From assembly GCA_044225505.1 (NCBI GenBank), contig JBGAIN010000007.1, positions 1 through 64,000 of the forward strand: DNA of 64,000 bases. Direction: 5' to 3'. Under the pieces are notes generated by a model, which saw only the letters and a list, made by a program, of their open reading frames with translations, searched no databases and was not told the DNA's origin. Within the stretch, counting starts at the first letter, position 1. Each line of letters opens with the position of its first letter. This document shows, in pieces, positions 20,234 to 28,322 of this stretch. The stretch is from Limisphaerales bacterium (lineage in GTDB: Bacteria > Verrucomicrobiota > Verrucomicrobiia > Limisphaerales > SIBE01). The translations under genes were made by a program, and so were the position numbers.

Positions 20234-20384
20234 TAATCCGGCGGGGAACAGCCGCAGGAGGCGCATGGAGTCGTGTCAACCGGGTGTGGACAAAATGACG
20301 TGCCTTGGCGGTTTTCGGATCCGAAGGCTGGCAGTCATGGCTGCTCCGTCGGCGCGACTGGTTGGCACTTAGTCATATTGTATC

Positions 20385-22370
20385 ATGAGCTCAACTCCCT
20401 CAGCTTCGGCCGGCTCAACTCGGTTTCACGCCCTCGACGCGGTTCGAGCGCTCGCGATGCTGCTCGGTATTTCCTATCACGCCATCCTTTTTGGTGGAGG
20501 GATGGGAGCCATGTTTGGAGGTCAATCCGGGCCTACGGCTTGGGTCATGGATTGGACCCACAGCTTTCGGATGGCGCTGTTCTTCATGGTCGGCGGCTTT
20601 TTCTCCGCCATGATGTTCGCCAAATACAGTGTGGGCACCTACCTTGCCAAACGCTGGTGGAGGCTGGGGGCCGCCATGGTCATCTACCTGTTTACCCTCG
20701 TGGGCATCAACCAGTTGACCGGATACTCCGGCGGACTCGGAGGGTTTGGTCCACCGCGTCGAACCGCCGCCAATGCCCCTGAATCCAGTCCTAACTTCGC
20801 CGGTCCACCGCCAGGTCGGGAGATGAATGGCTCGCCGCCCGACTCCTTCGCCCCGACAACGGAGCGTATCCCTGCCGGTGCTCCCGAGCAACCCCGACGC
20901 GGCTTGGGTCCACCAGCCGGTATGGCTGCACGCCCCGCGGGCGATGGTCCGGTCCAATTCGGACCGGGCGATTTCGGCCCTGGAATGTTCCTGGCCGGCC
21001 CCATCCTGACCCAGGCGGATACCAATCAGGATAAATCCGTGACCGCGGAGGAGTTCGAGCGTTTAGCTTCCACGTGGTTTGCCAAACTCGACTCCAAAAG
21101 CGCCGGTCGAGTCAGCCAACAGGAGTTTGCTCGACGTTTTGGAGAGTTGCTCGATTCGAACACCGATACCAAAGACGGTCGCGGCCCAGAGAACCGGCGT
21201 GGTCCAGGAGGCTTTAATCCAGCCATCTTCATGGCGCCCTCTTTTTTCACCGCGCTGGATCGAGACCATGACGGTTTTCTCGGCGAGGCCGAGATCAAGA
21301 CTCAATTTGGCAAATGGCACTCAGACTGGCGAAAGGAGAACGCGACGACACTCACCGAGGAACAGATTCGTTCAGGTCTTAACACATCCTTGCAGGCCGG
21401 CGGATTTGGCGGTCCGGGCCGGGGTCCCGGAGGGGGTCCGGGGTTCGGCCGCGGCGGACCTGGGGGTCCCTTCGGCGGCGGGAGTCCGATCGCAGACCGG
21501 CTTTTCGGAAATCTCGCTCGTCAATTCAACATGGGCCCGATGTGGTTCTTATGGTTTCTTATCGTGTTCGCAACGGTTGGACCGATCTTTGCCTGGGTGG
21601 TAGGTCGGCTGCTTCGCGGGAGCGTACTAGAATTCGCAACCCTCTTGAGCCGAATTCTTTTCCGCTGGAGTTTAGCGCCGTTGGCCCTGGCGCTCGTCTG
21701 TATCCCAGCACTGTGGTTTGCCGGAACCTCGCCTGGTCGCGCGCCGGACGGCGGGAGCGCGATCATGAGTGTTTTTCCGGATGTCTTCTTCCGCTATCAC
21801 CCCGATTTGCCTTACTTCTTCATCTTCTTTATGACCGGGTGGCTGCTCTATCAACTGCGAAGCCAACTCAATGACCTGGGACGGTTCTGGATTCCTTGCT
21901 TGGTGATCGGGGTTGGGGCACACCTCATTTCGGAACGATTTAAAGTTGAAGGTGGCCCGTTTCAGCCGCAGATCGACATGAACGTGGCAAAGCGACTGAG
22001 CCTTTACGGCGTGTTCACGATCTCAGCTGCGTTCACGTCATTCGGGTTCATCGGCTTTTTCCAAAAGTATTTTGACCGACCGGGAAGAGTTTCGAGATAC
22101 CTCGCGGACACGGCATTCTGGTTCTATTTGCTGCACCAAGAGTTGCTCATTCGAGTCATTCTGCCCGCCCTGAGACGGTATGAGCTTCCCTTGGGGGTTC
22201 AGACGATCGTTGCCCTGCTTCTGATCACCTTGATCGGCTCGATTACATTTGAACTCGTCGTCCGACGAACGATTCTGACCAACCTGTTCGGTCCAACCGT
22301 TTCGCGGCGGCGGGAACGGCAACCAGTGCCAGCGCTGGTGTCCGAGTCTGCAGAGCCCACTCGATCCTGA
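20385..22370 (+). CDS. Acyltransferase-3 (OpgC-like) membrane protein with inserted EF-hand-like and Gly/Pro-rich region
   Basis: RFHALDAVRALAMLLG, HSFRMALFF, MWFL, YLADTAFWFYLLH; the insert contains DTNQDKSVTAEE and DRDHDGFLGEAE. Confidence 0.8.
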   Translation: MSSTPSASAGSTRFHALDAVRALAMLLGISYHAILFGGGMGAMFGGQSGPTAWVMDWTHSFRMALFFMVGGFFSAMMFAKYSVGTYLAKRWWRLGAAMVIYLFTLVGINQLTGYSGGLGGFGPPRRTAANAPESSPNFAGPPPGREMNGSPPDSFAPTTERIPAGAPEQPRRGLGPPAGMAARPAGDGPVQFGPGDFGPGMFLAGPILTQADTNQDKSVTAEEFERLASTWFAKLDSKSAGRVSQQEFARRFGELLDSNTDTKDGRGPENRRGPGGFNPAIFMAPSFFTALDRDHDGFLGEAEIKTQFGKWHSDWRKENATTLTEEQIRSGLNTSLQAGGFGGPGRGPGGGPGFGRGGPGGPFGGGSPIADRLFGNLARQFNMGPMWFLWFLIVFATVGPIFAWVVGRLLRGSVLEFATLLSRILFRWSLAPLALALVCIPALWFAGTSPGRAPDGGSAIMSVFPDVFFRYHPDLPYFFIFFMTGWLLYQLRSQLNDLGRFWIPCLVIGVGAHLISERFKVEGGPFQPQIDMNVAKRLSLYGVFTISAAFTSFGFIGFFQKYFDRPGRVSRYLADTAFWFYLLHQELLIRVILPALRRYELPLGVQTIVALLLITLIGSITFELVVRRTILTNLFGPTVSRRRERQPVPALVSESAEPTRS

Positions 22371-22543
22371 GAGCGGCTTGTTGCCCAACAGGCAGCCGTT
22401 GACCAACCGTTTGGATCTAACTAACTTCTGTGAGGACAGCCCCATTGCCGGCCGGATGACAGCTCAACCGCACTCGCGAATTTGGTCCCTAGGTCGAACC
22501 CTTGACCGTGCCCGTCCGGGGACCTTCCGCTCTTCGGCCGCCC

Positions 22544-22623
22544 CTGACCCACCGTTGACTCACCCCTGACACACTCAGCAGTGGGTCACCAGTGGGTCAG
22601 GAGTGAGCCAACAGTGTGTTAAC
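22544..22623. repeat. Inverted array of 11-bp repeat units (3 + 4)
   Basis: CTGACCCACCG/TTGACTCACCC/CTGACACACT face AGTGGGTCACC/AGTGGGTCAGG/AGTGAGCCAAC/AGTGTGTTAAC. Confidence 0.7.
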
Positions 22624-23175
22624 TCCGAAAGACGAGCGGCAGGGACCCCACTTACGCTCGACTGGGAACCACGTTCAGCAAACGAGAATCTTCCGTTGCC
22701 CTCACGCGCCGACTTCCACGGTCCGTCCCCCCGAAACCGCTGCTTTGGTTGGACTTGGATTTCAGAGCAAATTGCTCTCATTCCGCTTGGCTGGAGCGAT
22801 GGCCTGGCTAAATAAGATTTAAGTAACTCGCACGCTGTTAGTTACATTGATGCCAACAAATTGATGACACCCGCTCGGAGCCGATTGACAAAGACCTAAG
22901 CCCTCTGGAGAGGCAGCCGAAGTCGGGTCTAGCGCATCTTCGGGCGTCCGGTTAATGGGCATTTGGGTCGAGTTGGGGTCCGGTCAAGAGTCGGTGGTGG
23001 TCACGTTTGGTTCTCGTTGGTAGTCGACGGCAATCGACTCACATCGACGGGCTCAAGTATCTGGCGGTTTCGGAATATACTGCGATTTCGATGCTTCCGC
23101 ATTCGACGCGTTTGCGCAACTTGTGGAGGAGGATCAGGAAGCCCCATACGCAAGAAGAGAAGATCCTTGCGACTC

Positions 23176-24464
23176 TCAAGGCTGATGCCTCATTTCCGGT
23201 CGATGGAACCGCCCTGGCGCTCCAGCTTCTGATGGACGGAAGTCCTGTCTGACAGGCAGTGGTGCCGATTCCTCGACTGAGTGGGGGCGGACAGACGAGC
23301 CGACGGCTTGTCGCGAGGACAGAGTCGACGCCCTGTTGGTGATAAGGCCACCGGGCGGCCTGAGCATCGGCTGAACCGGAATGGAACCTGTTAATCTCTT
23401 GGTTGGCGCTATGGCGGAAGAGTTAAGAATGTGAGGGCTTTGGCAGGGGCGTTGAACTTTTGGAAGAATCGGTTCAGCCGCCCTGCCGATGAGTGAGAGG
23501 GCATCGGGACCCGGTAAGGCATCCAGAGGGCTGCTGACGCTTAAGGCCTCTGCATGGAAATAGCCCATGGTGGTTTCCAGGGAACTGCGTCCCATCACCT
23601 GTTGAATAGCACGAGGATTGGTACCCCGCGCCAGACAATGAGATGCAAACGCGTGCCTTAGCTCATGCGGAAGCACCGAAATGCCGAGCTGGCGCGAGGC
23701 TTTCTTGACCGCCCGTTGGACATTGGCTTCGTGCATCCGGAACCGGACTACTGTTCCAGTCCTGGGATCCTGGCAGGGATGGTGGGCGGGAAAGACCCAG
23801 GCCCATCCCCAACGGAATTGATAATCTGGGTATTTCCTGGCGAATCGATTCGGCAACATCAACGGGGTGCGGTTCTGCTGATCGCGCTGCCAGATCGCCC
23901 GGGCGACCGCAGTTTATTGGGTCAATTCGGGAATGACTGAGGTCGGTAACGGAACAACGCGATCTTTTCCTCCTTTGGCGCCACGAATGCAGAGGGTGCG
24001 TTGTGGGAAGTCGACGTCCTTGATGCGCAAGTTCAATGGTTCGCTGACGCGTAATCCACAACCGTGCGCAGGCGGGCGATAAGGTGGGTGGGATAACCGC
24101 CCTCGTTGCCCATGGTGCCCAGGAGCGACTGGGTCTCCGCCACAGTCGGGGCGCGACGTTCATGCGCCGGGCGCTGAGCACGCAGGGCATTGACGTTGCC
24201 AATGGTTTTACCCAGGACAACTCGGTAGAAGTAGAGTAGCGCATTAAACGCCTCATTCTGGGTGCTGGCTGAGACATCACGTTCGCGAGCCAGGTTGGAG
24301 AGAAATCGTTCGAGCTTTTGTTCGCTGGGCAGGTGGGGCGGCATGCGGAAAACAGACGTGATGTAGCGGCGGAGCCAGACGAGGTACGACTTTTCCGCGG
24401 AGAGAGCCTAGTGCTGGCGCCGGAGGACCAAGCGCATTTAGTAGATGGCCTGAGAAGATGTCAT
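23176..24464 (-). pseudogene. intI: Integron integrase, inactivated
   Basis: VSASTQNEAFNAL, GCGLRVSE, AKGGKDR, integron-specific FARKYP...WAWVFPA, HELRHAFASH, LETTMGY. Three in-frame stops (two near the N-terminus, one ~23914), a frameshift ~24068, and the conserved GH changed to GR. Confidence 0.92.
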
Positions 24465-24689
24465 AGCTCAAAGATTGAGAAGAATCTCTCAACATGGGTG
24501 GGACAACGGCTGTCCAACCGCCAAGAAAAATCGCCGGAAAACAGTCTAGCGATCGAGCTGTGTCAAAATGCCAGCTGAGGATTGCAATATACGAACCGGC
24601 ACTGGTAAACTTCCCTTAGCATAGATTAACAGTTAAGAGTTTATGCGAAAAAGGACGGACTAATCTGAGGCGGCGACATCCAACGAGCC

Positions 24690-24711
24690 GTGGTGTCAAC
24701 AGAGTTAGCGC
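24690..24711 (+). mobile_element. attI site candidate
   Basis: TCAACAGAG^TTAGCGC resembles the attI1 core (AAAACAAAG^TT). GTTAGCGC (24704-24711) is the exact reverse complement of GCGCTAAC opening attC1. Confidence 0.65.
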
Positions 24712-24756
24712 AAACCGATTGGCGTCCACGTCGGGGTCGGAATCGAAAGGATGTGC

Positions 24757-24950
24757 ATGGGATTTGGTCATGAGCGCTTGGATGTGTCCCGCACTTCCAT
24801 CGATTACGTGGGTTGGACCGCATCGTGGCCATGCTGACGAAACTCGGACCGCGTGGGTATACGATCCACGAGGAATCGGATGATGACAGTGGATTCAGGA
24901 ACGATACCGATGCCGATAGCGACCCCGACTCCGAACGCAACCGGAAATGA
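24757..24950 (+). pseudogene. Cassette 1: four-helix-bundle (23S rRNA-IVP-like) gene with internal deletion
   Basis: N-terminal MGFGHERLDVSRTSIDYVGW is fused out of frame at TTGG (24813-16) to C-terminal LDRIVAMLTKLG; flanked by inverted GTCGGGGTCG/CGACCCCGAC. Confidence 0.65.
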
Positions 24951-25044
24951 GCGCTAACCCGGCAGTGAACCGAGCAGCAGCGAGGCAGCGCTCCAAGCTT
25001 CGGCTCGTCGCGGACGCCGCTGTCGGTTACTTTGGTGTTGGGCC
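24951..25044 (+). mobile_element. attC1
   Basis: GCGCTAAC ... imperfect palindrome (AACCGAGCAGC/GCTGTCGGTT) ... G^TTGGGCC. Confidence 0.85.
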
Positions 25045-25085
25045 AAAAGCTCGCATTCCTGACGATCTCCGGCTAAGGTTCGCGT

Positions 25086-25307
25086 ATGAGTATCGACCAA
25101 ATCGCTGCCGAAGCGTTGCGGCTACCTCCCTCTGAGCGAGCCTTGCTGGCTGAGTCGCTTTGGGAGAGCCTTTCGGATCCATTTGAGGGGATCGAGGCCG
25201 ACGACGCTTCGTCGGTTCAACTCGCTCTCGAACGTGATCGCCAAATTGAGAGCGGAGAGGTTCAGGCCATATCCCATGAGGAGCTGATGGCCAGACTCCG
25301 CCGATGA
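25086..25307 (+). CDS. Cassette 2: addiction-module antitoxin
   Basis: MSIDQIAAEALRLPPSERALLAESLWESL...IESGEV; TAAGGT -10-like box 6 nt before the ATG. Confidence 0.85.
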   Translation: MSIDQIAAEALRLPPSERALLAESLWESLSDPFEGIEADDASSVQLALERDRQIESGEVQAISHEELMARLRR

Positions 25308-25572
25308 AGGCGAACTCAGAAAGATACGCGACTACTACGAAGAGCGATCTCCCGGATTAGGTGCGGCGTTCGTCGATGAGTTCGAGAGACAGGTGCTTCG
25401 ACTGGCAGCGCAACCAGAGAGGTGGATGGTGGCCAAAGCCGATGTCCGTCGCTGCTTGATGAGACGTTTCCCTTACATCATCTACTTCCGCAGAGTTGGA
25501 CTAGACCGCCTCAGAATTACGGTCGTTAAGCATCAGCGGCGGCACCCAGAATATGGAAGCGATCGGAAGTAG
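25304..25572 (+). pseudogene. Cassette 2: RelE/ParE toxin, N-terminally deleted and out of frame
   Basis: Frame from 25306 reads EGELRKIRDYYEERSPGLGAAF...RRCLMRRFPYIIYF...HQRRHP; the coupled ATG at 25304 is in another frame and the first beta-strand is missing. Confidence 0.8.
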
Positions 25573-25661
25573 GCCGAACGACCGTCGGCATCGAACTCCG
25601 CGAGTTGGCCAAAGAACAGCCGGCCCGATGGCGCGGAGTCGATGAGACGGACTGTTCGGCG
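25572..25661 (+). mobile_element. attC2
   Basis: GGCCGAAC ... CATCGAACTCCGCG/CGCGGAGTCGATG (one extrahelical base) ... G^TTCGGCG. Confidence 0.85.
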
Positions 25662-25669
25662 GCATTTGT

Positions 25670-26233
25670 ATGCGTAGTTGCGTTCTAAAGGTCCTTTCTG
25701 TTTCAGTCCTCTTGGTATGTTTTGGCTGCGGTCGAGGGCAAGTAACCGAATCGCAACAGAGTCGCTGCGCTTGCGGCGGGAGCGCTTGGCTCAGGACTGC
25801 ATCAGGATCAAGCGGCTTTTCGGCATTGATGCCGGGGCAGCCTACGGCCTCAGCTGTCACCAATGAGACAGCGGATGGCCCTGTGGTTATCTCGCAGGTG
25901 ACATCAGAGCGTTCCCCAAAAATTGCTTTCAGCCTCCTTCACAATCGCTTTCCTACAAATTTGCCACTGACAGACACGACACGACTATTCGCCGGAGGAT
26001 TGAAGCAGGCGCTTGGAGGAGATGGTCGTCTCGTGTCCGAGCGACCTGTTTCCCTTAAAGGTCACCCGGGCCGAGAGTGGTGTTTCGAAAAGTATCGAGG
26101 GCAGGCTGTGGTCACGATGCGTGTTTACCTGATCGGCCATGATTTCTATCAAGCCATCACTGTCATGCCCAAGGGCAAGGTGTGTCAGCGACACGTAGTC
26201 GAGTTCTTGGATTCTTGCGAACTGAAGAATTAG
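25670..26233 (+). CDS. Cassette 3: hypothetical lipoprotein
   Basis: Lipobox-like VLLVCFGC; GFSALMPGQP and SLKGHPGRE motifs; starts just after attC2. Confidence 0.75.
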   Translation: MRSCVLKVLSVSVLLVCFGCGRGQVTESQQSRCACGGSAWLRTASGSSGFSALMPGQPTASAVTNETADGPVVISQVTSERSPKIAFSLLHNRFPTNLPLTDTTRLFAGGLKQALGGDGRLVSERPVSLKGHPGREWCFEKYRGQAVVTMRVYLIGHDFYQAITVMPKGKVCQRHVVEFLDSCELKN

Positions 26234-26254
26234 TGAGAAGGACGCCAAATCAAA

Positions 26255-26371
26255 CGCCGAAGACAAACTAGTGCTCCTCCGGCCATTGCCCAGGCGCCTT
26301 CCAGCTTGGACCAACCGCTTGCAGTCGAAGCTTGCTTTCCAGCGCCAGTCGCTTGGCTTATCGTTCGGTGT
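26255..26371 (+). mobile_element. attC3, degenerate
   Basis: Right core G^TTCGGTGT (26363) is confirmed by the complementary ACACCGAAC at the end of the next cassette; the left core is eroded (CGCCGAAG). Confidence 0.55.
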
Positions 26372-26378
26372 AAACCGG

Positions 26379-26846
26379 ATGGGCGTGTTTCACAATTTGA
26401 AGCTGCGGCTTTCTCCACCACGCATCACCGATCCGGACTTCGGTAGCTTGGTCTTCATGTTTGTGCCCAACGCGCCAGAGCGTTCTTACTGGGAATGTGA
26501 GGGGCTATTCCCCAAGACGGGCACGCTCGTGTCAATCGGCTTGGACGGAGGAGAGAGCGGGCCAGTCCCGGAGGCTCGGCAGTTTTACCTGCGACTGCCC
26601 GACAAATTCGAACAGATTCTCGCAGCAGCGAGGCCCAGATTGGAGGAGGTATTCAAGACTTGGCTACTCCAGGATCTGCCTCAGGACATCTTCACGGCGG
26701 TCAAGCTCGCAGGTCTTGGCGTTGATGACCCAAAGTCAGACCCAGTGCGATGGGATATGTCATTCGAAACCACGGGAGTGAAGTGGCTTGGGATTAGAAT
26801 CCCGTTCGAAGGGAACGCGCCGCAAAAGGCCATAGTCGATACATGA
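26379..26846 (+). CDS. Cassette 4: hypothetical protein
   Basis: ATG 26379 shortly after the attC3 core; stop immediately before attC4. Confidence 0.75.
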   Translation: MGVFHNLKLRLSPPRITDPDFGSLVFMFVPNAPERSYWECEGLFPKTGTLVSIGLDGGESGPVPEARQFYLRLPDKFEQILAAARPRLEEVFKTWLLQDLPQDIFTAVKLAGLGVDDPKSDPVRWDMSFETTGVKWLGIRIPFEGNAPQKAIVDT

Positions 26847-26848
26847 CA

Positions 26849-26945
26849 ACACCGAACCAGCCGACTTCATCGAACCTGGCGAGAACGCTCCCGTTCCAAG
26901 TCGAACGCCAGAGTCGCCGGGTCGGTGATCGGCGTTGTTCGATCC
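26849..26945 (+). mobile_element. attC4
   Basis: ACACCGAAC ... CATCGAACCTGGCGA/TCGCCGGGTCGGTG ... G^TTCGATCC. Confidence 0.85.
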
Positions 26946-26991
26946 AAGAACGCTGTAGCCCTTTGGGTGGGGTTTAGGGTATAGTCCTGTC

Positions 26992-27201
26992 ATGACAGCG
27001 GAAGAGGTCAAAGCGTTGCCGATGGACCAGAAGATCCGGATCATGGAGGCGATTTGGGAGGACTTCCGAGATCGCTTCGACCGAATGGAGCTCTCGCAAG
27101 AACAGAAGGATCTGCTGGACCAGCGGCGTGCGCGGGTGCGTGAAGGCAAAGCCCGCCTCCTGGATTGGGATTCAGTGAAGGGATCCATCGGTCGTCAATA
27201 A
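26992..27201 (+). CDS. Cassette 5: addiction-module antitoxin
   Basis: LPMDQKIRIMEAIWEDF...LLDQRR...DWDSVK; TATAGT at 26980-85 and palindrome CTGTCATGACAG over the start codon. Confidence 0.85.
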   Translation: MTAEEVKALPMDQKIRIMEAIWEDFRDRFDRMELSQEQKDLLDQRRARVREGKARLLDWDSVKGSIGRQ

Positions 27202-27509
27202 TAGATGTCCAGATCTCGGAAGATGCCCTTCAGGATCTCAACCGTGGATACCTTTTCTATGAAGCGCAGGAGAACGGACTGGGTGACTATTTTGCGGCGT
27301 GCCTCCGGGCTGACATCGAAGGCTTGCGGGTGTCGGCTGGCGTTCACCGGGTTGTCTACCACGACTACCACCGTCTGCTGAGCAGGGTGTTCCCACACGG
27401 GATTTTTTATACGATCGAGCAGGCGTGTGCGGTCATCTGGGCGATTGTCGATCTAAGGAGAAGCCCAGAATGGGTGCGCCGCAGACTGAGAGATCAGGAT
27501 CGAACCTGA
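27198..27509 (+). pseudogene. Cassette 5: RelE/ParE toxin with probable start-codon loss (ATG>ATA)
   Basis: IDVQISEDALQDL..GYLFYEAQENGLGDYF...RLLSRVFPHGIFY...VDLRRSP; the expected ATGA overlap with the antitoxin reads ATAA. Confidence 0.7.
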
Positions 27510-27593
27510 CAATGAACCGAGCAGCGGCGAGTGACAGCGTTCGGGATTCGAATGACCTCCGGCGCCGCGGTCGGTTATTTGGCTGTTCGAGCC
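27497..27593 (+). mobile_element. attC5
   Basis: GGATCGAAC (complement of the cassette start GTTCGATCC) ... G^TTCGAGCC; clearly related in sequence to attC1. Confidence 0.85.
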
Positions 27594-27951
27594 TATGGCT
27601 GGCATCGTCTCGCGGCAGTTCGAACTTCACCGTTGCAGGGACGACGGGACCGTCATTGGCATCCGTTTCGCGTCGCTGAGGTGATCGGTCGGCAACCGCC
27701 CTCCCGCCTTGGTCCCCCTCAGCCCTGCACGATTCCGGTTTGGCTTGGGGTAGTATTGGCAGCATCCTTGGCATCCGTCTTATCCTCCCCTACCTTAGGA
27801 ACGTCGGGAGACGGACCACGACTGAGATGGAAGGAGCAACTCGGGCGCCCAACGGGACGCGAGTTGGCTTGCAGACTCCGTCCTTACGGCTGCTTGCGTA
27901 CTTGGCGGACAGTCGCTTGGGTCGCAGTCTCTCGGCCGAAGGAGGTCGACC

Positions 27952-28047
27952 ATGGGCTATGGGTCAGAGGTGGCCGGCAGCGTTTATCATCCACGGCAGC
28001 CTCAGCAGACCCCCTTCTATCAATTGGTTCAGCGGTTTTATCCGCAG
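27952..28047 (+). pseudogene. IS91-like transposase N-terminal fragment
   Basis: VYHPRQPQQTPFYQLVQRFYPQ resembles the start of IS91-like zinc-binding transposases; similarity ends abruptly. Confidence 0.45.
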
Positions 28048-28322
28048 GATGGCCAAGCGATCCTCATCGGATTGGGCGTTGCGGAGCGCCTCTTCGCCTT
28101 CCTAATCCGGTTCCGGGTTTCAATCCGCCGCACGCGGGAAGTCTGCCGGACCACTATTTTCCGGTTTCTTGTAAAGAACGCGCGGCAGCGGGTGAGAACA
28201 CGGTAAAATGCCGGTGATATCCCGTTCATTCCTGCCCGTGCCTCCTCTCAGCTGGATGGCGGGCCCATGGCTAGCTTTGGCGATCGACTCCGACGTCGGA
28301 TCGCCCTGAACCCATTCGTCAC

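Noticed and set aside
23176..23500. Long C-terminal extension of IntI as a separate domain
   Set aside because: Low-complexity sequence after the usual SPLD ending; probably read-through or drift in a pseudogene.
24475..24492. TTGAGA-N6-TCTCAA palindrome upstream of intI as a LexA box
   Set aside because: The palindrome is real but does not match a LexA consensus I can support; 6-bp arms can arise by chance.
27844..27935. Possible sixth attC (GCGCCCAAC...)
   Set aside because: No matching right GTT core, no complementarity to the cassette-6 start, and weak pairing.
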